In this document: one piece after another, positions 1 through 13,200 of the stretch
Layout: every line of letters begins with the position of its first letter
Position numbering within the stretch: the first letter of the stretch is position 1
DNA from: Tubiluchus corallicola
Taxonomy: Eukaryota; Animalia; Priapulida
DNA: 64,000 bases
Reading direction: 5' to 3'
Assembly: GCA_030141605.1 (NCBI GenBank)
Contig: JAQGDQ010000003.1
Coordinates: 620,001-684,000 of the forward strand
The notes under the pieces: generated by a model
Database searches by the model: none
What the model was told of the DNA's origin: nothing
Seen by the model: the letters and a program-made list of their open reading frames with translations, nothing else
Position numbers and translations under genes: made by a program

Positions 1-166
1 TTGCATGGTAATTAGTACATTCAGTTTGTATCCAAACTTCAAGTTTTCGTGTTATTGCACAGCTGAGCAGAATTCAATGTATGCATGTAATGACATGTGC
101 ATATTTCAAGATATGTGTACTAGCAGAAGTCTTGAATTTTAGTTTTTTCTGCTTTTCATTTTGTAG

Positions 167-3100
167 AACATTAGGAATGGCTTATGCAGCAGCAACAACA
201 AGTGCGACGGCTACAGCTCTATTTCTCAATAGCCTTGTTAAGGTACTAACAATACATCACATTTGGTGGTACGATTACTTCTGTTGCTGTGTTGTTTAAA
301 TGGAATTTAGCTTTGCCATTAACATCTCACGTACATTTAGTAATTATTTATTACTTGAACCCGATTAATAAAATGAAGACATTGGACAAAATATAGCTGT
401 ACCAATGACTTAGAAAGTAAATATGTGAATATAGAATCTAAGTCTTTTACGGAACTTGCATTCCAGCTGTATCACACAATTAATTTGTTTGTGCTTCAAT
501 TCTATAACTGTATAATGGTATGACTATTACAACATCTATGCATCAATACATTGAAAAATTATATTTCCAATGAATTCAATGTACGACCGATTAAAATGGT
601 TTATTATCTTATTATGTATATTTCCAGAATGCTTCTCCGCTTGTTGGAAGATTTGTTCCATTTGCAGCAGTAGCAGCAGCAAACTGTGTCAATATTCCTT
701 GTATGAGATTTAGGTATGTTTTATTATTAAGTTTCTCAGTTATGACACTTTCCTATTGTGCCCACTTGGTATTCACGGAAATCAAAAATCGCAGAGCATC
801 ATTAAATGCTGTACAGTTAACTGAAAGTAAGTTATAAATCATCTTATTCTGTTTCAATTAACTTAACCATCTTTAATGACAAATTAATATAGGCTATCAG
901 TTCTATTAAGACCAGTTTTCATTTTTTGCCGTGTGTCATTGTTTCTTATTAGCTGCTTAATCATGATCACGTTCTTAGAAACTCTCTAAGTATAGAAAAG
1001 TAACATCCAGATATGGGATTAAACATGGTCAGCTGTACAAAGTGCGGGGACTTACTAGAAACAATGTTGGTAGTTCCAGGTTTTCAATTAACGTGTACAA
1101 ATTATAAAAATGTACCATTGTAGGCTTTATATTTCTGTGGCAGAATGGAAAGCAATTAAAATGTCGGAAAACAACATTACTTATATTACTAAAAATGGTT
1201 TGCTTAAAAACACGAATTTATTTTTATTCCGGAAAAAATGAAAGTTCAAGTGAATCTTTTTTGAGCAGAAATATATTTTTGGATTTCTAAAAATTACTTA
1301 AGACTCATAACAGTAAACACTCATTATAACGAACTATGTTATAAGTAACTTTGGATATAACAGACTATTTTTGCTTGTCCGATCTATTGTGTGTTTGTTA
1401 CAGTGGAAAAGTCCATTAAAAATGAAACTATACATCACCAGGCTGCATGTGTCTGGGTGGGTGTCTCTCAGACTCTTCCCCCAATTAGAACGCGGGTTTG
1501 CTATAGCTGCAGTAAGTGATATAAAAAAAACAGGCAGTGATCAAATTTGCGTTGCATTATGCATATACAAAGAACCAAAAGTAGGTTAACTTACTCTCTA
1601 CCATGAAGTGGTGGGCCCGATTGGCAGAAATTGGTCCAATTGGCTTGAGGCCGGATTAAAGGCAGTCTAAGAAAATTTCATTGCACTAAAATCTTTGTAT
1701 CTGAAATCGAATGTTTCATTTCATGATTACTTTCACAGATTTTTAATGTACGCCTGCACCAATAAGAGTTTTGTACAAGATCTGCTGCGACTAATAAATA
1801 AACATACATATATGTTACAGGGAAATTTTGCATGGTGTTCCTGTGTTTGATGAGAAAGGCAATCGTTTAGGAGATTCAAGACATGCAGCATACAGGGCTA
1901 TTCCAATGGTGGTCATTTCTAGAATTGGTATGGCAAGCCCTGGCATGAGTAAGTCACTATTGTTAGCTTTTGAGTTTTGACATGTTCTTAACTCAGAAGT
2001 ATTTAAAGTTTCCTGTAGTGAGAGAAGAGAGCAGCGGAAAGGGAAAGAGTGATATAATGTTAGTTTATTTTTAGATTTCAATAAACCAGATTAATAACAA
2101 AATAATATCGTTCAGAAATAATAAGTAATTGCATAATTCTTGAGGCTTGGATTCCAAACAAAGGAGTGATTAATTGAGAGAAGTGTTGCCAAAATTGAAC
2201 TTGTATAAGTTTTTATACAAGCCGAAATATTTAAAACAATTTGCATGACAGAAAATAAATAAATCAATAGTTCGTCAAGGAACCCTGATATTTCACTGTT
2301 AATATCATGCTGAAATCACAAAAACACCTTTTGTAAAAATACATTTTGTGCAACATGTATAAAAATTAGTGTTAGAAAAAATTTAATTACTTTTAAGTTT
2401 CAAATTTTGTTTTGATGGGAATAAGACTGAAATTTGATTAGCTTTTGTTGTAATTTCAGTATTTCCAGCCATAGTAATGAACAAACTAGACAAAGGACAG
2501 CTTTTCAAGGTAATTAACAATATATTTGTGTTGACATTTTCATTTCACCAGTTACATAAGTCCATATAAGTCCGTTTTTAATAATTTTTGCTGAATAATG
2601 AGTAAGATTTGACTTGTACGTGTTGAATTGAATATTTTTTATTATGTACACTACACAGAATTTTTTAGAATTTTTGGAAATATAGCTTGGCTTATGCTCT
2701 CAAATCTATTAGTATGTTGACAATGTCTGCAGGGAAGATAAGTGCCATGCTGGGCATTAGGTTCAAGGTACTAGATTCCTACCACGCGTGATGACTCAGC
2801 ATAGAAGACTGAAATTTACAGTTTTAGAATCTGTCATTTTTTTATAGAATCAGCGAGAAAAATTAATGTGTTGTGAGCTAGAACTATGGCTAAGATTATC
2901 TAAGATTATATATATCTTTTTCTAAACTATTTAACATGTTTGTTTTGTTTTTTAGTTATGCGCAAGTAAAAAAATATCATCTATCTATCTCTTTTTCCAC
3001 AAGATCAGTTAAAATTGACTAAATTGACTTATAATTTACAGAATGTATTAATCTACTTATTATGAAAAAATTGTATATCACAAATGACTAGTTTTCAGTT

Positions 3101-6100
3101 AGTATCTTCTTAAAGAGTTATTTATTTATTTTCTCTTTGTTTGTTAATAGAAATATCCATGGTCAGCAGCACCAATACAAATCTTCATGGTAGGCTTTTG
3201 GTAAGTGCTGCTTAATTTTTATTTATATTAAGTCATTATATTACTGTTGCAGCATGGCTAATAATTATTTATATACTGTTGGTGCCGTTTATTAGACTCA
3301 CGGTTAATAGAGTCAGTCACTTAATTGACTCAAAAATACCTAGTACAGGCCGCTTCTATTCAAATGTATATTAAAACTGCCAATAACAGGCTCAGATAGC
3401 TCTGCATAATTGACTCAATATGTCTGCTTCACATGCTTCAGTAAGACACTTTTGTGTGACCAATAAGCTTCTGTGATTTTTATGTCATCTTAGTTCGCTT
3501 TTGTGCTCTAATAGACATAGAAACAATCATGTTAAGTACCATTTTGTTTGTAAGCAGAAACATTTATCATATGCTGATATGCTAGCCTAACAGTTTTGCT
3601 TTGATCAATGCATTCGCTGTAATTAACATTTAATCAGTTGTTGCTGTTATACCAGGGATGTAGGCACAGTACAATAAAGTGTTGCAAAGTCGGTAGAAAC
3701 AAAACTACAGACGAACTACAGACAAAACTACAGAAGCCACATGCGGCGAAATATGGCATCACCAAGTACAAACTACAATTAAAGCATGCCAAGCGCTAAA
3801 CTAATTTGTGAGAATTTGTGTATTATACAGCAACAGATATTCAACATTTTTATCGTTACGAGAATTTTGTGACCAAACTTCTTCGTAAAAATTGAAGCAG
3901 CCAACCTTGCACAATTTTTTGTAACTTTTGTAATAAACGAACTCGTGTGATTTAGAAAAGTAAACTTTTTTAATTTCTTTTTTATTAATTCACTTTATAA
4001 ATTAATAATTTTAAATAACTGCATAGGAATTTAAGCATTACTTCATGTGTAAAATTCATTAATACCCTTTGCAGCGCATGCTAAGCTGATGATTCATACT
4101 TCTATACTGGTAATACTATATCTGTCGGTTAATAGATTCAATCGGTTAATTGGGTCAAAACACTTCCGTCCCAAAGTGAGTCTATTAAGTGGTGCCTACT
4201 ATATATGTGTGTGTATGTGTGTGTGTGTGCGTGCGTGCGTGTATATATATATTATGTTATATATATATTATTGAAGTAACATCACAAATAGATAGAGGTC
4301 TGAGCCTCGCCGTTTCAACTGAGTTCCAGATGGTTCATTTCTACAGCTGACCTAGCGATAAGAAATCCAGCTTTAGTCACACCAGTCGCTCAGTGATGGG
4401 AGTCGAGCTAGCCGACACTTTTGTCGGCTGCGAAGATTTTCGAAATTGCAAACTAGCCACTGGCATAGCAGTGTCTAGTTTTTAGCTGGATTACTGCCAT
4501 ATTTACCTGTCTTGAAGACTTCTTTTGTTTTAGAATTCTGCCTGCCCAATGTCTGCAATTGGCGTAACAGGCTTATGATGATGATGAAATCACTGGTTGA
4601 TATATGGCAAACGCATCAAGATGAGCCTCGCCAAGAGTTGGATTAAAATTATATTTGCAATAAATCCATTTCTTTTTTATAATAATAAAAAAATGATCTC
4701 TAATGCATCATTTAAAGTTGTACATCAGTTTTTTCTGTGTATAACATAGTATTTAAAACAATTTGTCTCATAATTTAACAGTTAACTAACAATTTATCAT
4801 TTATTTAGTTAACAAAAATTCGCAGCCTTAGCTGACTTAGTTGATTTTTTCTTTGAGCCAACTCAACTGAAAGTAAGTCGACTTCGGCCGAGCTAGCTGA
4901 TTTACTGTGTGAGTCAGCTGATGTAGTAGCAACTTACTCAGCTTCAGCCTCTACATATAGATCGAAACCAAACATTCATTTCATAAAATGACATTTTAGT
5001 AAGTAAGTTAAGTAAGCTAAAATGCATAATAGTTAAGAAAAAATAAGTGCTGAAGTAATGGAATTAAAAGCAAATTCAGCAGTAACTATGCAGAATAAAT
5101 AGAAGTAACTTAATTCGTGCTTTAGCTTATATTCAGCACTAATCTTAGACTTGAAGCTTTTATTCCAACAAATTCTTTGGCAAAATAGTGGCAATGTGTG
5201 CATTCAATTGCACTTGTTTTCCTTTTTCACACAGATTTTTCACACTTTCTTCTTAAGACAATTGAGCTTCAAAACAGAGAAACCATTTCCTTGTAAGGTT
5301 CCTATATGTAAGAGGCCCAAAGGAAAAACTGGATTTATATGACATCTAAGATTGTCCAGGGTAAAAATTTGAGAAATATCAACAAAAAGGAACAAGATTG
5401 GCAATATAACTGTGCCATTAATAGAATGGGATACAGAAACGGGATGTGTTATGAGTCTAAAAATACACCTCTCTGTTGGTGTAATACTCCATGTTTGGCT
5501 GTATAATTGATTCCTATAGCCATAATATATTACAGAGATAAATATCTCATGAATATTTATAACTATGTACTTTTATTGCAGCTTGTTGTTTGCAACACCA
5601 CTGTGCTGTGCAATATTCCCACAGAAAAGGTAATTTAGTTTGTATTCTTAAACTAATGCCCAAATTGTTCTTAATAGGACTTCACTTCGTGACAAAACGT
5701 AACAGTAGTCATTGGATGAACATGAACATCACTTTATTGCATGAAATTCTCAATCCGCAGTTCAATCGTGTTTGAGCAAGACATTCGAAACTGCCTTCTT
5801 TAACTTTTCCAATAGTGTTTTTTGGTTCAGTAAAGGTTTTCAATATGGTTTAAAGGCATGCGACTTTCTGTTATGTCAATAATAACTTTAAGTAAGTGGA
5901 GATGCCTTGGCTGTAGAAAATGTTTGTTAGAATTGTGCAGAGCTGGTAATATCTATTACCCGACATGGTAAACAAGATCAAAAGACAAGCATTATAAGTT
6001 GTTGCCTTGTTAAACTTTGTTTTTATTTTGTTCTTTTTGTTTCAGTTCTATGTCTGTATCACATCTTGAACAGGAATTGCAGACAAAAATCGAACAACTG

Positions 6101-6142
6101 GAAAATCCACCCAAAACGGTTTACTTCAATAAAGGCTTGTAA
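167..6142 (+). CDS. SFXN1: Sideroflexin (SFXN1/3-like mitochondrial carrier), 3' part; 5' exons lie upstream of the window
   Basis: Seven phase-consistent GT-AG exons: 167-242, 628-713, 1821-1948, 2460-2509, 3151-3200, 5582-5629, 6046-6142 (TAA). Translation includes [44 protein letters not shown] and the C-terminal VYFNKGL*, all sideroflexin hallmarks. Paralog assignment is approximate. Confidence 0.95.
3276..4201. mobile_element. Degenerate non-autonomous Tc1/pogo-like DNA transposon (MITE) in a sideroflexin intron
   Basis: Imperfect TIRs: ctgttggtgccgtttattagactcac at the left end versus tagtaggcaccacttaatagactcac (reverse complement of the right end). TA flanks both sides, and the subterminal motif cggttaataga..tca..ttaattg..caaaa occurs near 3301 and 4126. 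Confidence 0.6.
4202..4270. repeat. (TG)n/(TA)n microsatellite
   Basis: tatatgtgtgtgtatgtgtgtgtgtgcgtgcgtgcgtgtatatatat... Confidence 0.85.
4293..4953. mobile_element. hAT-like MITE with 8-bp target-site duplication
   Basis: Ends tagaggtctgagc and gcttcagcctcta (reverse complement tagaggctgaagc). Flanks caaataga (4285-4292) and catataga (4954-4961) match at 7 of 8 positions. Confidence 0.7.
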
Positions 6143-7801
6143 AATGAGACAGGTTGGTTTTGCTGGGAAATATGTGCAATAGAATGCCATGCACAGCCTA
6201 GAGTACCTAGACAATCTTTTGTTTTGTTTTTTATTCTCTTTTTACAATCAATTCAGTTTGATTATTTTACTTTTTCCTTACATGTAATTTTTTTACAAGT
6301 TTATTTAGCAAAGAGATGAGATGACAACAGAAAACCAAACAGTCATCAATTTACCACCACAAAGTTTCCCAGTCATTCTTAGAAAGGCATAAAATACCAT
6401 TTATATTGATTACCGCTTATTTAAGTAATGGCCAGGAATCTAGCAGTCAGTGATGTCATGTGATATGAACAAGTACAATATGGGATTGTTCTTAATTGAA
6501 TAATGTCTATTCTGAGACATTTTTATAATCACCACTGTCATAGTCATTTCAATACTATAAAACAAAAATGATAACAAATAATTAAGAGCAGCTAAATTAT
6601 CTGGTTGCTTTTATTTTATTCTGTAGTATGGAATTGACTACTGTACTGGTAATTACATTTTAGAATAAACTTTATTACAAATATAGCCGCTATTATATGA
6701 TAATGGGAGAAGACATTTAAGAACATATCATGAATTTTATTGTGTTATTATATCAAAATTAAGTATTTTGATTTGTGAATGTCTTGATCTTGGATGCTAG
6801 ATGAAATTACGAGTTTTTCATTTTTCTTAAGCATTCAATGTATTGGTGTAGGGCCATTGCAACTTTACACACCTCAGATCCTCAGTAAAAATAAAGAAGT
6901 AGGTTGTTATGTAGTTGAGTTTTTTAAATGGTCTTCTTTTTTAGAAGATTTTTTATATCTATCATATTTGTACTGTTATGCTTTACTGACAGTTTCTTGT
7001 TGTTACCAATTAAGGATCTATTTGCTAGTAAATAAAGAATAGCTAAAATGCCATCTTATCCCACTTTGATATATTGCTGCTAAGTATTTTTGGAGGATAG
7101 TCAAGAACTCCTAAAAACTGCTTCTTGTATTAAAATTATACACGTGTAAATGGCTAATATATGCCAGTGCTTTCTGAGAAGCACATGAAATTGAATTTCA
7201 GTATGAAATGTACGTTTTTGAAAGCTTTAGTTATGTTGATATTTCGTAAAAAAGTGATTTTTTTCCTGTCTGAAACTTCACAGTTAGCAAATTATTTCTT
7301 TATGTTTATATTTCTTTTGCTTGGCAAAGCCATATTTCAGTAAAGCACAGTCTGTGGTCCACAGCAGTGTTAGTTTTCAGGTTATGTATTATTTCTTGTT
7401 GTTTTTGTATGTTAAAGATTCTAACTTAGTTAAAAATGTAACTTGTTTTGTTTAAAAGGGAAAAAAACTAACATTAATTTCTATATACTGTACCACCTGA
7501 TATTTTTGGCTTAATCATTGGAAGGTTATTACATGTATTGGGCTTTGTTTTTGGTTATGTGGAACATTACACTTTTTGTATCTATATTTAATTCATCAGA
7601 CAATAGTTTAAAAGGAACAAGTGCACAGTGCTTATGTTGATTAAATTTCAGCAGTCGTTACCAGAAAGATGATGTATAAAGTTTGTGCTTCTTGTCTTAA
7701 CTTAATTATGAGTTTAACTTTAATTACTTGTGTAAAATTAATACTCGATGAAATTATTTATCCATTCTGAGTTCCTGCAAGAACCCACACACACACACAC
7801 G

Positions 7802-8604
7802 CAGTCAAACCTTGTTATAATGCGAGCCTCGCCATAACGCCAACTTTTGCCCTGGCCCCATTTCCATAGTATATTAAGTATAGGGAATACCGCCAACCTC
7901 GCGCCTACCGCCATCCGGCGACATATCTGCTGTGTCAAGTCTATTTTACATAATAAATTTAGCCCGTTATAACGCCAGCCAAGATAAAGTACAATAAATT
8001 GCTGCTGAAAAACAGCCATGGTATTGTAAAACATGTAAAAACAGTCACTTGTAAAAACAATGACATCTGAACAGAAAAACAATTATGGTGTTTAAGTTAA
8101 GATTTACGCCTTGTTACAGGTGACTATATGAAAGTGAATGTTGAGGTTTTGAGCAACGAGCATGCACTTTAATAGTACAAGAGTTGTGTAGCTAAGCTTC
8201 AGTACTGAACTGATGTGAATTTAATGGCTCTTAAACCTGCTTGACTCAATGTTAAGTTACGTGCAGCTGCTATTTATAATATTAATTGTCCAGCAATGTT
8301 GCGCGGGCCCCCTACCTGCATATTTGTCTTATCAACAGTAGGCTAATTAACTAGTATTTCACAAGATTGCTTCTCTACTTTGTGTTACGTAAAAGTTAAT
8401 GCAGCAAAAATATACAGTATATAACACATTGATTGTTGTAGGTATAATAATATTATACTATTTATCACATATTAAAATTAACTAGAAATCAAAATAGAGG
8501 CTACACAACAGAATGACGTTGATATTTAATGAACGTCTTACCGCCAACCCTGCTAAAGCTCCAAATTTAGTGGTGCCCAGACCTTTTGTTACGAGGTTTG
8601 ATTG
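7802..8604. mobile_element. Tigger/pogo-like MITE between the convergent SFXN and ALMS1-like 3' ends
   Basis: TIRs cagtcaaaccttgttataa and ttgttacgaggtttgattg (reverse complement caatcaaacctcgtaacaa); TA on the right flank; repeated internal ataacgcca/taccgcca motifs. Confidence 0.7.
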
Positions 8605-10258
8605 TACCAGATTTCCAAATGAAATCACGCAGAATAGAATGCAGACATTGTTGAAAGTGATACTGTTACTAGTGTAGTCATACAATCGTTTCCGCTTCAT
8701 TGTAAGCAATAATAAGCTATTGTGTTGCATGGTTATTGTGTACTGTCATGGCAAGATTTGCTGTTTTTTTATGAATCCTAAATTTTCTAATCATGCATTT
8801 TACTGCCATTTCGACCCCATGACATGCTCTAAGCATGCATTGGGGTTATTCTGCTTCTGTGATAGGTATTACCTGTGTTTTTTAACAAAATGGCATCATT
8901 ATTTCTTGAAAAATGCAATATTTACTATATTATTGTAGTACACTGTGAGGCAAACCCATCACTTGAAACCTGTGCCAACAGTTCATGGTTTGTATTTACA
9001 TTTTTAACCACTTCATGTAATTAAACGTTGTTGTTTGTAAACTTTTATTTAATAACTTCTGTTAGATGCAAGGTTTCAGTGACTTCATTTTTTTTTGTTC
9101 TTCAAAGTATTTTGTAATTTTTACTTCTTGATCATTTAGAATCTAAAATCTCAATCACTCATTCAAACATGTAATTACACACTAATACATACACATAACG
9201 AACCGATAATAGTCGAGCATTAAAACATACCTAACACCTGCTGAAAAATAGCTTGACATACACACAGATTTTAATAGCAACAAATCTGATTAGTAATATC
9301 ATGTTCATTGCAGTAGTAGCATTCTGACAATGGCAGTCTACCAACTCTAGTTCTTTATCCAACAGTACCAGGCATGCATTCCATAGTTTAGTATTGAATA
9401 TGTTTGAACACAATGTAATACAGATGTGCTCAAGCATAATCTAATTTCAAGCCGAGTACTGGTCAGAAGAATTGTGTTTAGGACAAAACAAGGAAAACGG
9501 ATTATTACCTATTAATTACATTTTATTACATTTTCTTTGTTGGTATTACATAGTACTTTTTGTAACAAAGAAACATTTATTTTACTTCTGTACAAATGTA
9601 ACTAAGAAGCAAGGTCATTTTTCATAAAAAAGTGCAGTAGAAAAAACATTTATAACTGGAATTTGAGAAAAATCTAAAATAGAATAAACTGTCTTTTGAG
9701 TAATTTGGCTATTGGGACTTGTAAACATGACGGTTATCCAGACTAAAGCAAAGCAACACATTCAAGAAACTGCTTTTCACACAGATAGCAATTATAAATA
9801 ATATTTCATTTGCCATCAATAAAGCTTTACACACAGAGTAATAGCTAGGTAGTATTGATCAACCATGCCTAAAGTAAATGGATATTTCAATCGATACAGA
9901 CTGCAATTATTTACCATACAGTCTACAGTAACAGCCATATAAAGATTGTCAACATTTCTATTAGCTTGGAAGCAAATAGAAATTGGTTGGTTGGTAGTCA
10001 ATGGTAGTTCAAATCAAACAATAATGCAAAAGGTATAAAGTTGTATAAAATGTGTAAGCAAAAACATAAATAGTCCAATAATAGAAGATTTTATCATTTT
10101 CACATTTTAAATATTTAAAAAAATTAAAGATATTAGCTAGTAAAGAACTATATTGCAAGAGTGTGAGTAATACTGATTTAAGTTGCTGCACTATACCAGC
10201 TTCACCAAGTGTAGCTCTACTTGCATGCTTGTTGCGTTATCATACATCTCTTACGCAG

Positions 10259-13200
10259 TCACTGTGCACAAATGCTGTTTAAAGACCAATTAACTTTTCC
10301 CTGCAAAACTTTATCAGTCAGTACCTGGAAAAAGCAATGAATAAAAGCTATACATGTAGTTCATAAAAATATTTGATCCCTTTAATGGTATGTAATAAGC
10401 TAGCAAAATGCAGTAAAGTTAATAAAAAAGTAATTTCTGTGAGATAACATGTCAGTCATCTTAGGCTAAATAGTATGCATGGCGACTGTTTCTGCTCAAT
10501 GACAAAATAACACGGAAGAAAAATTGCAAACTTGTCTAATACCTTTTTATATGTTTGAGCACGAAGTCTGTTTACTTCCTGTTGTCTGAGACGATTTTCC
10601 TCGATACGTTTAAGTTGTACCTCTGGCAATTTGCTGTACATACGCTGAGTTCGAGCCTTCATCTCTTCTTCTGTTATTACCCTCTTTTTACTGAACAAAT
10701 CAGCAGCTAAAAACAATGACAAACTGAACCACAAAAAGCAAAATGTGTAACAAGTCGTTAACAAATATTTTCTTTATTGAGATGCAACAATGAAAGGCAC
10801 GTAAATATGTATTAACAAAAAAATACTTGTTACAGTTTATCACGTAAAACGGAAAATACATAGTGTGCTGCCTATGTATTATAATAAATCATTGCTTTTA
10901 GCTATTGTCTAATAATTCATAATTTAATATTAAGGTCTTCATTTGTAAACATTATTTTTTAATGTACACTCGCAATTTTAAGTGCCATGCATGTGCAGAT
11001 TGCTAAACTCTAGAAAATTGCAAGGCAAGCAGAAATGGGTGCCTTGAGGTAATACAAATTCTATGGTCTGATATATGGGAAACAATGGGTATCATGTTGT
11101 ACAATAGAAAAACTGCATTTGATTGTATGGCAAGAACAACCCTTGAGCGACACACTTTTGAAGCAATGTTCGATCTGCAGGGTAGTGATCCCCCACTGTG
11201 CATGCATGGCATATAAATCTAAGCGTAGCATAGCTGTAGTCCTGAGATTATACAGAATTGAACACAATTCATGTTATTACTGCAATCCTTGCAAAGTCAG
11301 TCATTCAAATTCATTTACATTATAAACAAGAAAATGTACTGCAAATTAGTTAAGCATATATTCAATAATTTATGCACCTTACCCTTTAACACATCTATGG
11401 TGTCAGGCTTGTGTGTTTCATCCATGTTAAGTATTTGTAACTGTTGTGCATGCAGTTTTCTAGCTGCAGCATTTAAACGTACATATCTCTGTCTTTCACG
11501 GCAATGTGTGATGAATGTTGGTTTTGCAAGCAGTAGTGCTTCCTGAAAAACAGTCCAACTACAAAATTCATGCTAGAACTCATTTATTAACACTATGGTA
11601 GAAAAAGAGCATGCAATCATCATACAGCATAAAAGCTTGTGCAAGAATAATAGAAGTAATTACAGAGACCACTTAACAACACTTAATTAATGACTATACA
11701 GTTTACAGACTATAATGTTTCATTTTGTATGGCTTTTAAAATCCCAATTAATTATTGTTTAAGAAGCATTCGTTACCCCTCAAAACGACTCTACATGATC
11801 TTTTATTAAAGAATGCAGAACTGTAAGATAATTTAGTACCTGATTTAAACTAATATGCCAGCTATAGGTATGTTGATGTATATGAAAACATGAAAATGCA
11901 TCTAATACTATTTGATCGATAGCTAAATTGCAAATTTTAGAAGAACTGGCATTTGACATGTTTTAAACCAATTATTTTTTGCCAAGTTCAGTGATAGCAC
12001 ATACCTGAAGTGAAAGACCATCAGTTGCTCCTCCCCAAATTTGCTGACCATCTTTCGTGGGTTTCTGCTTACCAAAAGTAGCTTTCTTTCCTGTAGTAGC
12101 TCTATCCTTTAGTCTTTTGGATGCACTGCCTTCTTTTTTTGCAGGAATAAACCAGCTTAGTCCAGGATGGGGTTGCATATTTTCTTTAGAGGCAGAACTA
12201 TCAGCAGAAGTTCCAGCTTTATATTTGAGCTTAGCATCCAAGCTCCTGGTTGACTTACTACTAGAAGATACTGTATTTGAATCGCTTAATGTAACATCTT
12301 TTGCAATTCGTTTCCTGCTTAGTTTGTTAACTTGAACCGATTTATCACTTCTAATAAGTTTCTTTAATAACGGATCATGGAAATCTTTTAAATTGGAACC
12401 TAGCCTGATATCATGGTAACGAGATTGGGCTACTGATTTCTGACCTACTTTTGTGCTCTTATAGGTATGTTTATCTTTTTGAGGAGGTGTATTTCCATAC
12501 ATTTCCATCAGCTTTTTCCTTTCTGGTGATTTCCTGTACTGTTTCTCATTATGCAACTGTTGTTGTTTTAGTTCCTTTTGCTGTTTGACAAAAAGCAAAT
12601 CTTGCAGCAGAGAAGAATCAGACAACTCGGAACTACTTCTGCCTTGAGATTTTCTTATCTGTTTACGTATCATTAAAATTTTTCTTAAAATTCGCAATTC
12701 TTCTTTATATTTATGAAACATATTTTCATTCGTTATAGTAGAAGAAGAGGTAGTTGAACTTATTGAGCAGCGAGAGCTCAAACAAATTGATACAGATGTG
12801 TCGCTGCAACTAACTGATACAGCACCACTTCTTTCAGAGCCATTTGCAGAAGACGAATGAGGAGAATTTTCGGGTAAGTTCTGCAAGTTGGCACTTTCTA
12901 ATGAATTCTTTAACTCTTTCTTATGCTTTGTTGCTGCTCCACTATTCTGTGTCGCGTGGTTTCTGTGTACTGGTTTTTTATCATATAAAGTAACAGCTTT
13001 AGCACTCAGTCCACGAAGTATACGACTTTTTTTAATCAACTCTAATGATTGTTTATCACTTGCATTCAAAACTTCCTGAAGCAGTTCATCAGATTCTACA
13101 TCAGAACTGTTAGAAAAATGAGATCCTTCTTGCTGCAATTCTGTCGACTTTCTAGAATCTCTTCCACTTCTCATATCATACGAATCCAACAGTTCCGAAA

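Noticed and set aside
10259-10275. C-terminal ...SICAQ as a CaaX prenylation signal
   Set aside because: The cysteine is third from the end, not fourth.
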